From the NCBI GenBank assembly GCA_964654605.1, contig CAZZLW010000081.1, forward strand, positions 2,939 through 66,938: a stretch of 64,000 bases of DNA. The letters run 5' to 3'. The position numbers and the translations under genes are program-made. Within the stretch, counting starts at the first letter, position 1; every line of letters starts with the position of its first letter. Of this stretch, positions 47,125-55,884 are shown one piece after another. The stretch is from an uncultured Cytophagales bacterium (GTDB lineage Bacteria; Bacteroidota; Bacteroidia; Cytophagales; Thermonemataceae). The notes beneath the pieces are model-generated. The model was not told where the DNA came from. It ran no database searches and worked only from the letters and a program-made list of their open reading frames with translations.

Positions 47125-48216
47125 ATGGAAGATTTTTTGCCTATTCTCGGAACAGACCACATTGAATTTTACGTGGGCAATGCCAAACAAGCCGCTTATT
47201 TCTACCAAGCCGCTTTTGGTTTTGAGCTTGTAGCTTATGCTGGACCCGAAACAGGAGTACGCGATAGAACTTCGTATGTATTGCAACAAAACAAAATTCG
47301 CTTTGTGCTTACCGCTCCAATGTTTCCTGAAAGCGAAATTGCACAACACGTACATAAACACGGCGACGGCGTAAAAGTGCTTGCCTTGTGGGTAGATGAT
47401 GCCGAAAAGTCGTATTATGAAACAATGAGCCGTGGGGCTAAATCGGCTTTTGAACCTAAAAAACTGCAAGATGAGTATGGCGAAGTGGTGATTTCGGCTA
47501 TCCATACTTACGGCGAAACTATCCATACTTTTGTAGAACGCAAAAACTACAAAGGTGCTTTTATGCCCGGTTATGTGCCTGCCAAAAGCACTATGAAAGT
47601 TGAACCGATTGGCTTAAAGCACGTAGATCACTGCGTTGGCAATGTAGAACTCGGTAAAATGAACACTTGGGTAGAATTTTATGAAAAAGTAATGGGCTTC
47701 AAGTTGCTCGTAACTTTTGATGATAAAGATATTTCTACCGAATACTCTGCTCTTATGTCCAAAGTGGTTTCTAATGGCACGGGCTATATTAAATTCCCTA
47801 TCAACGAACCCGCCGAAGGTAGAAAAAAATCTCAAATTGAAGAGTATTTGGATTTCTACAAAGGTCCAGGTGTTCAGCATATTGCTATTGAAACCGAAAA
47901 TATTATTCATACCGTTAGCGAACTTCGTCGCCGTGGCGTAGATTTCTTGTATGTACCCGATAACTACTATGATGACCTCTACGACCGAGTAGGTAAAATA
48001 GACGAAGATGTCCAAAAACTGAAAGAACTCAACATTTTGGTAGATAGAGATGACGAAGGGTATTTGCTACAAATTTTCACTAAACCCGTAGAAGACCGCC
48101 CTACGCTCTTTTACGAAATTATCCAACGCAAAGGTGCAACCTCTTTCGGAAAAGGTAATTTCAAAGCCCTTTTTGAAGCCATTGAGCGTGAGCAAGCCGT
48201 AAGAGGTAATTTGTAA
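47125..48216 (+). CDS. hppD: 4-hydroxyphenylpyruvate dioxygenase
   Basis: Two VOC modules, the HIAIETENI metal site and a C-terminal FGKGNFKALFEAIEREQ segment. ATG at 47125. Confidence 0.92.
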   Translation: MEDFLPILGTDHIEFYVGNAKQAAYFYQAAFGFELVAYAGPETGVRDRTSYVLQQNKIRFVLTAPMFPESEIAQHVHKHGDGVKVLALWVDDAEKSYYETMSRGAKSAFEPKKLQDEYGEVVISAIHTYGETIHTFVERKNYKGAFMPGYVPAKSTMKVEPIGLKHVDHCVGNVELGKMNTWVEFYEKVMGFKLLVTFDDKDISTEYSALMSKVVSNGTGYIKFPINEPAEGRKKSQIEEYLDFYKGPGVQHIAIETENIIHTVSELRRRGVDFLYVPDNYYDDLYDRVGKIDEDVQKLKELNILVDRDDEGYLLQIFTKPVEDRPTLFYEIIQRKGATSFGKGNFKALFEAIEREQAVRGNL

Positions 48217-48246
48217 AAATTACCTTTCCCAACAAATTCTTATTTC

Positions 48247-48276
48247 AAAGCCTTCATCTTTTTTGATGAAGGCTTT
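48247..48276. terminator. hairpin between convergent genes (hppD and the OM protein gene)
   Basis: AAAGCCTTCATC/GATGAAGGCTTT 12-bp stem with a T-rich tail on the plus strand. Confidence 0.6.
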
Positions 48277-48283
48277 ACTATTT

Positions 48284-49201
48284 TTAGAACAATACCGATA
48301 AATGTAAATTCCAACGATTTTCAGCACGAATTTCGCCATTGCCCAAATTTTGAGCAATAGGCATTTGCATATTTACTCCTACACTTACTTTTTTGAAAGC
48401 GTACCAATCCAATCCAAAATTTCCTGCCAGCAAACTGCCCCCTGTTTCCGCTACAATCTCGCTATTTCTTTCATCTTGGGCTGAAAGTTCGTAATAAATC
48501 CCGATATGAGGCATTAGAGCAAAATTTTTACCTAATTGCTGAACATAAAACACATTAGAGTTTCCACTAAACCGATTTCCAAAACGATAGTTTTTAGGAT
48601 TGGCAGTGTTAATTTTATAGCTCACATCTTGATTGAAGCCAAATTTTGCATAACGCAGATTGTAAAAGGCTGTGAGCAGAAAATCAAAACTACCCGAACC
48701 CAACTGAAAATTTGCATTAGCCACCTGACTGCCGTCTTGCTCACTATAATCGTACCTGCCCGTAGGTATTTTTACTCCTCCGCCTATCCATAAGCTATGT
48801 TTCCACTTGCTTGGAATGGTATCGCCTTTCATCTGCCTATTGAGTACATTGTAACTTGCTAAAAACATCATATCATTAAAGCCTTGAAGGTCTTTACGCA
48901 GATTATTGATGTCTGTTTGATAGTTGAAAGAATAAGGCAAAAAAGTGAGAATTTGCAATTTGGGGGTAGGGTAAAATCGTCCCCAAAGCTCTGTGGTATG
49001 AAAATACTCTCGTGTGCGTAAAATACGCGAATTTAAGTGCGATTTAAAACGCAAACTCCGATATCGTAAGCCTATAAAGTTTTTATTGAATTGTGGCATT
49101 AGCCCCAAATAATAGCTTCCTACACCACAGCCACAAATATCACAGGCATTGGATACAGAAACATAACTGATAAAAACAACCAAAAACCAATATTTTTTCA
49201 T
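48284..49201 (-). CDS. putative outer-membrane beta-barrel protein with an N-terminal CDICGCG motif
   Basis: Signal peptide starting at ATG 49201, alternating amphipathic strands and a terminal aromatic residue (LSVLF). A CxxCxC motif follows the signal peptide directly. Confidence 0.5.
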   Translation of the reverse strand: MKKYWFLVVFISYVSVSNACDICGCGVGSYYLGLMPQFNKNFIGLRYRSLRFKSHLNSRILRTREYFHTTELWGRFYPTPKLQILTFLPYSFNYQTDINNLRKDLQGFNDMMFLASYNVLNRQMKGDTIPSKWKHSLWIGGGVKIPTGRYDYSEQDGSQVANANFQLGSGSFDFLLTAFYNLRYAKFGFNQDVSYKINTANPKNYRFGNRFSGNSNVFYVQQLGKNFALMPHIGIYYELSAQDERNSEIVAETGGSLLAGNFGLDWYAFKKVSVGVNMQMPIAQNLGNGEIRAENRWNLHLSVLF

Positions 49202-49211
49202 AAAAACAAGT

Positions 49212-50249
49212 TTATTCTTCTTGCAAAAGTGAATTGCGGATAAACTCCTCATCAGTCAGTGTTTTCAAAAAAGCGATTATTTTTTGCTTTTCATCTTGCG
49301 TAAGCGGTATGCCCAAATGTCCATTGGATTTGAGTAGGGGGTCAAGCGTAGGGCTATCCTGAACACCAAAGCTATAATGGTCAAGAACTTGCTCCAAATT
49401 TCTAAATCTGCCATCGTGCATATAGGGGCGAGAAATTTCTACATTTCGCAAACTGGGAACTTTGAATTTGAACCTATCCTGCGGATTGAGCGTAATTCTG
49501 TACCTACCCGTATCTATGGTATCCACGCCATTAAGTTGTATGGTACGCAGTGGCAATCCATTGTTACGAAAATTATTATCAGTAAAAAGTTCGCCTTTGT
49601 GGCAAGAGGCACACTTTTGCTGAAAAATCTGCAAACCTGCAAGTTCTTGCTCGTTAAGATTGGCTTCGCCACGCTTGTATTTATCGTATTTGGAATTTGC
49701 CGAAACTGCCATCAATTGGAACTGCGAAAGAGCTTTCAAAAACCTGTCCAAATTGATTTCAGGCGTGCCAAAGGCTTTTTCAAAAAGACGTGGGTATTCG
49801 GGGTGCTTACGAAGTTTGGCAAGAACATTGCTTATTTTCTCGTCCATTTCGTTTTCTGCTTCAATGGGTGCAATAGCAAAAAGGTCTAAATGAAAAACTC
49901 CTCCGTCCCAAAAAAACTCCTTTTCCCAAGCCAAATTCATAATAGGCAAAGCATTGCGAAGGGTTAGTTTATCGTCAATACCGTGGCTCAAATCGTGTCC
50001 GTGTTGGGTAAAAGCTGCACTCGGAATATGACAGCTTCCACAGCTAATAGAACCATCACGGCTCAAAATGCCATCAAAAAACAGCTTTTTACCCAAAAGA
50101 AACCCATTTGTAGTGATAGGATTTTGGGAAAAATCGTAATTAGGTTCGGGAAAATGAGCAGGTTTCTGAAAGCGAATAACAGGCTCAGTGTTTCGCTTAC
50201 ACGCAAAGAAAATGAAAATCGCTAAAAACCCATAGATAAACTTTTTCAT
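49212..50249 (-). CDS. di-heme cytochrome c peroxidase family protein (MbnH/MauG-like)
   Basis: Two CxxCH heme-c motifs (CGSCH, CASCH) with CCP/MauG-family spacing, plus a lipoprotein signal. Confidence 0.85.
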   Translation of the reverse strand: MKKFIYGFLAIFIFFACKRNTEPVIRFQKPAHFPEPNYDFSQNPITTNGFLLGKKLFFDGILSRDGSISCGSCHIPSAAFTQHGHDLSHGIDDKLTLRNALPIMNLAWEKEFFWDGGVFHLDLFAIAPIEAENEMDEKISNVLAKLRKHPEYPRLFEKAFGTPEINLDRFLKALSQFQLMAVSANSKYDKYKRGEANLNEQELAGLQIFQQKCASCHKGELFTDNNFRNNGLPLRTIQLNGVDTIDTGRYRITLNPQDRFKFKVPSLRNVEISRPYMHDGRFRNLEQVLDHYSFGVQDSPTLDPLLKSNGHLGIPLTQDEKQKIIAFLKTLTDEEFIRNSLLQEE

Positions 50250-50323
50250 AGCTTTCCAATTTTTTAGAAAAGCCCCTCTTTCAGAAATGGGAAAGAGGGA
50301 CTTTGCAAACTTTTCAAAAAATC

Positions 50324-51136
50324 TTAATGTCCATCGTCGTGCACGTGGTCGTAGAGAAACATATTTTGGTAGTTGTTGGCAATATTTGGACCCAAAGGGC
50401 TAACCATTACGGTATGATTGTTAGCAATTTTGAGTTGGTAATTTCCATTGAAAAATTTGAGGAAATCTGCTATCAAATGCAAGGAAGGAGTTTTCCCCTG
50501 ACGCACTTTAAGGCGGTCGTTACCAAAGCTCAATGTTACTTTGCGTATGCAGTTGATGGTAGGTGTAGAATACCCGCCAAAACCTCCAATATGATAACGG
50601 AACTTACCATCTGTCGCCGCAGATTGAGGCGAAGTACCTTCAAATTTCACAAAAATATAGCCTGTATTCCAACTCCAATACATACCTTGTGCCGCCCCTG
50701 CAATATCCAAAACCCCTGTACGCTCTGAAACAGGCTTGGTATTGCGTAAGCTATCTACCCCCACCAAGAAAGAAATTTCGCTGTAATCGCCTTCGGGAAT
50801 GCCTGCTATCATACATTTCTTGCTTGCGGCGTTTTCTTGGTCTATCAGAAAATAGCTCTGCTCTTGGGGAACAACAAAAGTAGCACCGCTGGCAGTTTTT
50901 AGCTCAATATTGCTGATAAAGTATTTGAGCAAAGTAGGCGTAAAAGTTTCACCTGTAAGAGGATTGGTGTAAGAAACATTCAATTTGAGTTCCTGTGTGC
51001 CTACAAAATTATCAAAATACACTTCGGCACTACCACTTTTGTTGGGGTCGGGACCTGGCTCTACGTTTTTCTTCTTGCAAGCAAAAAAGCCCACAGCAAG
51101 AGCTAAAACACCAATTTTCAAAATAGATTTGTTCAT
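50324..51136 (-). CDS. MbnP-family (copper-binding) lipoprotein candidate
   Basis: Lipobox (VGFFAC), KYFISNIEL and WSWNTGYIFVKFEG segments resembling the MbnP family, and a His-rich C-terminus HVHDDGH. Lies directly upstream of the MbnH-like peroxidase gene. Confidence 0.6.
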   Translation of the reverse strand: MNKSILKIGVLALAVGFFACKKKNVEPGPDPNKSGSAEVYFDNFVGTQELKLNVSYTNPLTGETFTPTLLKYFISNIELKTASGATFVVPQEQSYFLIDQENAASKKCMIAGIPEGDYSEISFLVGVDSLRNTKPVSERTGVLDIAGAAQGMYWSWNTGYIFVKFEGTSPQSAATDGKFRYHIGGFGGYSTPTINCIRKVTLSFGNDRLKVRQGKTPSLHLIADFLKFFNGNYQLKIANNHTVMVSPLGPNIANNYQNMFLYDHVHDDGH

Positions 51137-51168
51137 ACGTGTAGATTTTTTGGTTTTAGGTTAAAATT

Positions 51169-51564
51169 TTAATGATTTTCGTTTTTGCAAAGACCTACGA
51201 TTTCGTGAAATACATCGTGCAGGGCAGAGAGTTTCTGCTTAATGCCTTCATCAGTAGCTTTTGGGCTTTTGATAAAAGCATCTAACTCTTTGCTTCCCTT
51301 TTGCAGTTTTTTTACTGCTTCTTTAATTTTAGGCGTGTTGTATTCTTTGGGAATAGCAGATTTTGCCAAAAGATTGGCTTTTTCAGCCATTTCACTGCTT
51401 CGTTTCTTGATAGGCTCTAAATTGCCCTCTTCCGAAGGGTGAAAGGTTTGGGACATTACTACGTGAAACTCTTTGAGTTCCTTCCATTTATCCCAAATAG
51501 ATTGAGCCTGCAAGAGATATGCAAAACTCATCAGAAATACTAAAACTGAAATTCTCTTCATCAT
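51169..51564 (-). CDS. hypothetical secreted helical protein
   Basis: Signal peptide MMKRISVLVFLMSFAYLLQAQ. The start overlaps the upstream gene's stop by 4 nt. Confidence 0.5.
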   Translation of the reverse strand: MMKRISVLVFLMSFAYLLQAQSIWDKWKELKEFHVVMSQTFHPSEEGNLEPIKKRSSEMAEKANLLAKSAIPKEYNTPKIKEAVKKLQKGSKELDAFIKSPKATDEGIKQKLSALHDVFHEIVGLCKNENH

Positions 51565-51947
51565 AATTTTTTGGATTTGCGGGTTTGTAAAAAGTTTTGG
51601 CTACCTCTTGATTGTTTTTCGGCAAAGAAAAGTCCAATCCTGACCACAAAAAACAAAATAACTCCTATTAAGAGGGTTAGCACAAGGTATGTTTTCCAAT
51701 GAGCTTGATGTAAAGTAGGGTTTTGCATCATATCATAAAGTTTTATTAGGCAAGCCCCTTCTATAATCGTAAGCCCAATGAGCGTAAAAGAGAGCATCAC
51801 AGGCAAAGTCTGGAAAATTAGCAGGGTTTGGGTAAGTAATTTTTCCAATTTACTTTGCCTTTTGCACAAACGTCCTTTGGCATCTACATAGTAGATACGG
51901 GAAAGCTGAGGCAACCTCTCGCTTTCTTTGATTTTTGAGGTTCGCAT
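51561..51947 (-). CDS. hypothetical membrane protein
   Basis: Two or three hydrophobic helices. Translationally coupled to the next gene. Confidence 0.45.
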   Translation of the reverse strand: MRTSKIKESERLPQLSRIYYVDAKGRLCKRQSKLEKLLTQTLLIFQTLPVMLSFTLIGLTIIEGACLIKLYDMMQNPTLHQAHWKTYLVLTLLIGVILFFVVRIGLFFAEKQSRGSQNFLQTRKSKKL

Positions 51948-52030
51948 CTGACTGAAAGCATTAGGATTTCAGGCAAAAAATGATTTTTTGCTAAAAATAG
52001 AACAGAAGTAAAGCAACAACCTATCAGATG

Positions 52031-52453
52031 CTATACGCGTGGCGGGTGAAAAGTATCAAAAAGATATTCTTGATGAGGCAAAAGCAAGAAGAAAGTCGGA
52101 AAAGGACTTTTGATTTCGTTGAAAGACTGCTGGAAAGTGAAATTGGGTAGGTTTTCTGCAAAAAGCGTGAAGGAAAAAACTTCTATGCGTTCTTTTTGAG
52201 TTTCTTTTTCTTGTTTCTGCTTTTCGGCAAGTTTTTTCATCAAATAACACTTACCACCGCATTTGAGCTCAGGCTTGAAACGATTTTCGCAAAGATTTTT
52301 GGCTATGTAACTTTTGTTGAGTTCAAAAGAAACCTTCACCCAAAACGTTTGTAAGGGTTGCAGAAGCGTAGCAGTAAGCAATAATATAGGAATAAAACGC
52401 TTCACTATTTTTACAACTTTGTTGCAAAGGTAAAGACTAAAAAAGTATTTCAC
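52031..52453 (-). CDS. hypothetical protein with a CGGKC motif
   Basis: N-terminal hydrophobic helix followed by NLCENRFKPELKCGGKCYL. GTG start, which is uncertain. Confidence 0.4.
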   Translation of the reverse strand: MKYFFSLYLCNKVVKIVKRFIPILLLTATLLQPLQTFWVKVSFELNKSYIAKNLCENRFKPELKCGGKCYLMKKLAEKQKQEKETQKERIEVFSFTLFAENLPNFTFQQSFNEIKSPFPTFFLLLPHQEYLFDTFHPPRV

Positions 52454-52573
52454 AAAAATTTCAGGCTGATTTTTATCAGCAATTTTTCTTTCTTTAATGA
52501 AGCCTAAGTACTTCTTTTCTGCATTTGAAAAAATTTGGGAGATTTTTTCTCTTGTATCTTGATATTTAGCTTA

Positions 52574-52608
52574 TTTCCTGTTTCCTGTATCCTATTTCCT
52601 GTTTCTAA
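52574..52608. repeat. tandem heptamer array (TTTCCTG TTTCCTG TATCCTA TTTCCTG TTTCTAA)
   Basis: Read directly from the sequence. Sits in the divergent intergenic region between the 52453 gene and accD. Confidence 0.8.
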
Positions 52609-52676
52609 TACCAAAAATAGCTTTCTTGTTTTAGAAAAATTCGTAACTTGCACCGCTCAACATAAACACAAGCAAA

Positions 52677-53540
52677 ATGAGTTGGTTTATCAGACAAGAA
52701 AAAGGCATTCAGACCCCTACTTCGCAGAAAAAGGAATCGCCTGATGGGCTTTGGTATAAATGTCCTTCTTGCAAAAAGGTAATGCTTACACACGAATTGC
52801 AAGCCAATTACTACACTTGCCTGAATTGCAATTATCACGAAAAAATTGGCTCTGCTGAATATTTTGCCATACTCTTTGATAACAACGAATTTACCGAACT
52901 TCACCCGAATATGACCTCCGCCGACCCGCTCAAATTCGTGGATAGCAAAGATTATCCCACTCGTATCGCCGATGCCCAAAGAAAAACAGGCTTAAAAGAT
53001 GCTATCCGTACCGCTTACGGCAAAATGAATGATATAGAGATTGTGATTGGCTGTATGGATTTTGAGTTTATTGGTGGCTCTATGGGTTCGGTAGTGGGTG
53101 AAAAAATTGCTCGGGCAATAGATTTTTGTTTGGAAAAGCGTTTGCCTTTACTGATTATCTCACGCTCGGGGGGGGCAAGAATGATGGAAGCTGGTTTTTC
53201 GCTTATGCAAATGGCAAAAACTTCTGCCAAACTGGCTCTTTTGGATAAAGCGGGCTTACCTTATATTTCCTTGCTTACAGACCCTACCACAGGTGGCGTT
53301 ACTGCCTCTTTTGCTATGCTTGGCGATTTCAACATTGCCGAGCCCAATGCTTTGATTGGATTTGCAGGTCCAAGAGTAATTCGTGAAACGATTGGTAGAG
53401 ATTTGCCTTCGGGCTTCCAGACCGCAGAATTTGTTTTAGAACACGGCTTTTTGGATTTCATTGTTCATCGTAAAGACCTTAAAGATGAGCTTACCTCACT
53501 GCTGAAAATGATTTCACCCAAAAACGGCAATGGAAAATAG
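52677..53540 (+). CDS. accD: acetyl-CoA carboxylase carboxyltransferase subunit beta
   Basis: N-terminal Zn ribbon (CPSC...CLNC) and carboxyltransferase motifs [11 protein letters not shown] and [10 protein letters not shown]. Confidence 0.92.
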   Translation: MSWFIRQEKGIQTPTSQKKESPDGLWYKCPSCKKVMLTHELQANYYTCLNCNYHEKIGSAEYFAILFDNNEFTELHPNMTSADPLKFVDSKDYPTRIADAQRKTGLKDAIRTAYGKMNDIEIVIGCMDFEFIGGSMGSVVGEKIARAIDFCLEKRLPLLIISRSGGARMMEAGFSLMQMAKTSAKLALLDKAGLPYISLLTDPTTGGVTASFAMLGDFNIAEPNALIGFAGPRVIRETIGRDLPSGFQTAEFVLEHGFLDFIVHRKDLKDELTSLLKMISPKNGNGK

Positions 53541-53541
53541 G

Positions 53542-54933
53542 CTAAACAAGACTTTGGTCAAATATTTTTTGCCAAAGTTCGTATAAGTGCATTGCCTCTT
53601 TTATACATTTTTTACTCATAAATGCAGGAGCTTCGTTTCTTTGAATTTGACTAATCAACCGCTCCAAATGCAAAAAACGAAGTTCTTTTTTTCCTTTTTT
53701 GCTTCCCCACAAGTACGTAGGCAATACCTCTACCCTACTGAGTTGGGTGTGCGTTTCCTTTCCACAAGTACCTTTTGTGATATGCAATTTTAGCAGGGGA
53801 ATAAGTCTATCCCAAACAAAAATATCGTAAGCTACAAAATCGGCAAGGGAATAAATGGCAAAGCCCTGTTTCTTTTTTTGTGTAAAAGGACAAATAAAGT
53901 CGTATTTTTCCATTGGTTGCGGGTTGTGCGGGTGGCTTCCCAAAATAATATCCACGCCACACTCACCGAAAATTCGGTGAAAAATTTGAATGGTATGCTC
54001 CGAAGGATACATCTGGTAGGCGTTTCCTGTATGTAAAGAAAGTACAACCAAATCGGAGCCTCGTCTGTGGGCATTTTCTACATCTTTTCGCAATTTTTCC
54101 AAACTGCAATCAGGGAAATTGAGCCTTTCGTAATTTACTAAATATTCTTTGCCTTCGGGTAAAACTTCTCTATTCAATGAGTATGTGTAGGCGATAAAAG
54201 CAATTTTAATGCCCTCTCGTTCCAAAATAGGGAAATTATCACGCTCCTGCCAATTGCGGGCTGTACCTGTAAAAGCAATTTTCTTGCTTTCCAGAAATTC
54301 AATTGTTTTGTAAATACCTTCCTCTCCCATATCCAAACTATGGTTATTGGCAGTAGAAAGAATATCATAACCTTTGTAATGCGGCTTTCCACTGAAAATT
54401 TCAAACATTTCGGTATTAGCATTGAAAAGCATATCTGTTATCATCACTTCGGGAACGAGTGAAGCTGATTTTTGTAAGTGGATGGGTGTTTCTAAATTCG
54501 CAAAAACAATATCTGCATCAAAAAAGAACTCTCCTACTTCGTTCCAAAGATTTTGGGTATAGTTTTTTTGTATCCAAGCATAAGGCATTAAATCGCCTCC
54601 GACAGAAAGGGTAATTGTATTTTGAGCCGTAAAACTTTCAGGCAGAGAAAATTGGATTTTTTGACTTCTAAAATGCTCTACAATAGACTTTAAAAAGTAA
54701 AGTGGTGTTTGGAAATAGTATTTGTAGCCTAAAAAAAATATATCTTCACGAGTGCAAAAAGGCGGATTTTCCTCAAAATTGGCAAGAGGCATTTGCCATT
54801 TTTTGCCTTTTAGCATTCTGAAAAAGCCAAAAAATATTTTCAGAACAATAAGCCAAAGTTTGCCTCGTAAGCTATAAGGCAAAATTTGTGGAAAAGGATT
54901 TTGGAAAGAGATTTTTTGAAAATTTTTAGGCAT
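53542..54933 (-). CDS. CapA-family (PGA_cap metallophosphatase-like) protein
   Basis: GGDLMPY, ANLETP and STANNHSLDMG motifs. ATG at 54933 overlaps the upstream stop by 8 nt. Confidence 0.78.
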   Translation of the reverse strand: MPKNFQKISFQNPFPQILPYSLRGKLWLIVLKIFFGFFRMLKGKKWQMPLANFEENPPFCTREDIFFLGYKYYFQTPLYFLKSIVEHFRSQKIQFSLPESFTAQNTITLSVGGDLMPYAWIQKNYTQNLWNEVGEFFFDADIVFANLETPIHLQKSASLVPEVMITDMLFNANTEMFEIFSGKPHYKGYDILSTANNHSLDMGEEGIYKTIEFLESKKIAFTGTARNWQERDNFPILEREGIKIAFIAYTYSLNREVLPEGKEYLVNYERLNFPDCSLEKLRKDVENAHRRGSDLVVLSLHTGNAYQMYPSEHTIQIFHRIFGECGVDIILGSHPHNPQPMEKYDFICPFTQKKKQGFAIYSLADFVAYDIFVWDRLIPLLKLHITKGTCGKETHTQLSRVEVLPTYLWGSKKGKKELRFLHLERLISQIQRNEAPAFMSKKCIKEAMHLYELWQKIFDQSLV

Positions 54934-55546
54934 ACTTTGTAAAAGCGTCAATGAGCAGTTTTATGCCAAATCCCACAAAAATAACCCCCGAAACCTGATT
55001 GAAGCGTTGCATAATAAGTGGTGTAAATAATTTGCGAAGTCTTGAAGCCGAAAAAGAGATGCCCACTTCTGTCAGGAAAATAGCGAGCAGGCAAAAAATA
55101 AAAAATACAATTTGCAAATTGAAAGGGAAATACTTTTCTGTTTGCAAATGAGCTACAATAGCCACCCAAAAAAAGAAGTTTACGGGGTTGAGAGCATTTA
55201 GTAAAAAACCTTGTCCAAAATAATATAAAGCATTCCCCAAATGCGTTTTTGTGCGTTTAATTTCTATTTTTTTCTTGAAAATACTACCTGCTCCTAAACC
55301 TACTAGAAGCACCCCTCCTACCAAACTGCTGTAAAAAGGCATTTGAGGGGTATCGGGCAAGAAACTCGTACCCGCCATAGCCGCCGAAATAAAAAATATA
55401 TCTGAAAACACCACTCCCGAAGCTATGAAAATACCACTTTTGTAACCGAAATCTATACTATTTTGGATAAGGGCGAAAAATACTGTTCCGAGCATACAGC
55501 TTAAAACTACCCCTGTTCCAAAGCCCGAAATAATTGCATCAAACAT
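54926..55546 (-). CDS. LysE/RhtB-family amino acid exporter
   Basis: 206 aa with 6 TM helices and a LysE-type N-terminus. Confidence 0.8.
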   Translation of the reverse strand: MFDAIISGFGTGVVLSCMLGTVFFALIQNSIDFGYKSGIFIASGVVFSDIFFISAAMAGTSFLPDTPQMPFYSSLVGGVLLVGLGAGSIFKKKIEIKRTKTHLGNALYYFGQGFLLNALNPVNFFFWVAIVAHLQTEKYFPFNLQIVFFIFCLLAIFLTEVGISFSASRLRKLFTPLIMQRFNQVSGVIFVGFGIKLLIDAFTKYA

Positions 55547-55625
55547 TCACTCTTTCAATTTGGGGCTGAAAATAGTAAATTTATACTAAGATTAAAATGA
55601 TTTTCGTAATTGTTTGGGTATAGTT

Positions 55626-55661
55626 TGCAGTAAGGAAACAGGAAACAAGAAACAGGAAACA
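55626..55661. repeat. tandem heptamer array (TGCAGTAA + GGAAACA GGAAACA AGAAACA GGAAACA)
   Basis: Reverse-complement orientation of the 52574 array. The flank plus first units are 22/24 identical to the reverse complement of 1417..1440. Confidence 0.8.
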
Positions 55662-55884
55662 AGATTTTAGAAAATAGATGTCAGGCAGAAAAAATACAGA
55701 GAAAGCCCAAGAATCAAGAATAAAAGTAAAAATCTCAAATTTTAGAAATTTATGAGTTAGCATTTTACAAAGCCGATTTAGTTGAGTAATTTATCATTGA
55801 AGTAAATTCAGCCTTTATTTTGCTTGAAAGTGATTTTTTGGTTACTTTTGTTTGGGGTTTGGTATCAATTTAAAAGTTTTGACT

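Noticed and set aside
46987-47526. Upstream 180-codon extension of the udk ORF (the track lists 387 aa).
   Set aside because: The extension has no uridine kinase homology, runs antisense through the hppD start region, and a canonical ATG at 46986 sits immediately before the P-loop. It is treated as non-coding read-through.
52535-52744. 69-aa ORF, and the similar 55581..55763 ORF, running through the heptamer arrays.
   Set aside because: Their repetitive FPVS/FLVSC sequence is just the translation of the tandem heptamers. They overlap the real accD start or sit in a promoter region.
52574-55661. Possibility that the short tandem repeats are CRISPR-like arrays.
   Set aside because: The units are 7 nt with no spacers, the arrays are only ~35 nt long, and no cas genes are present. 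They are not CRISPR.
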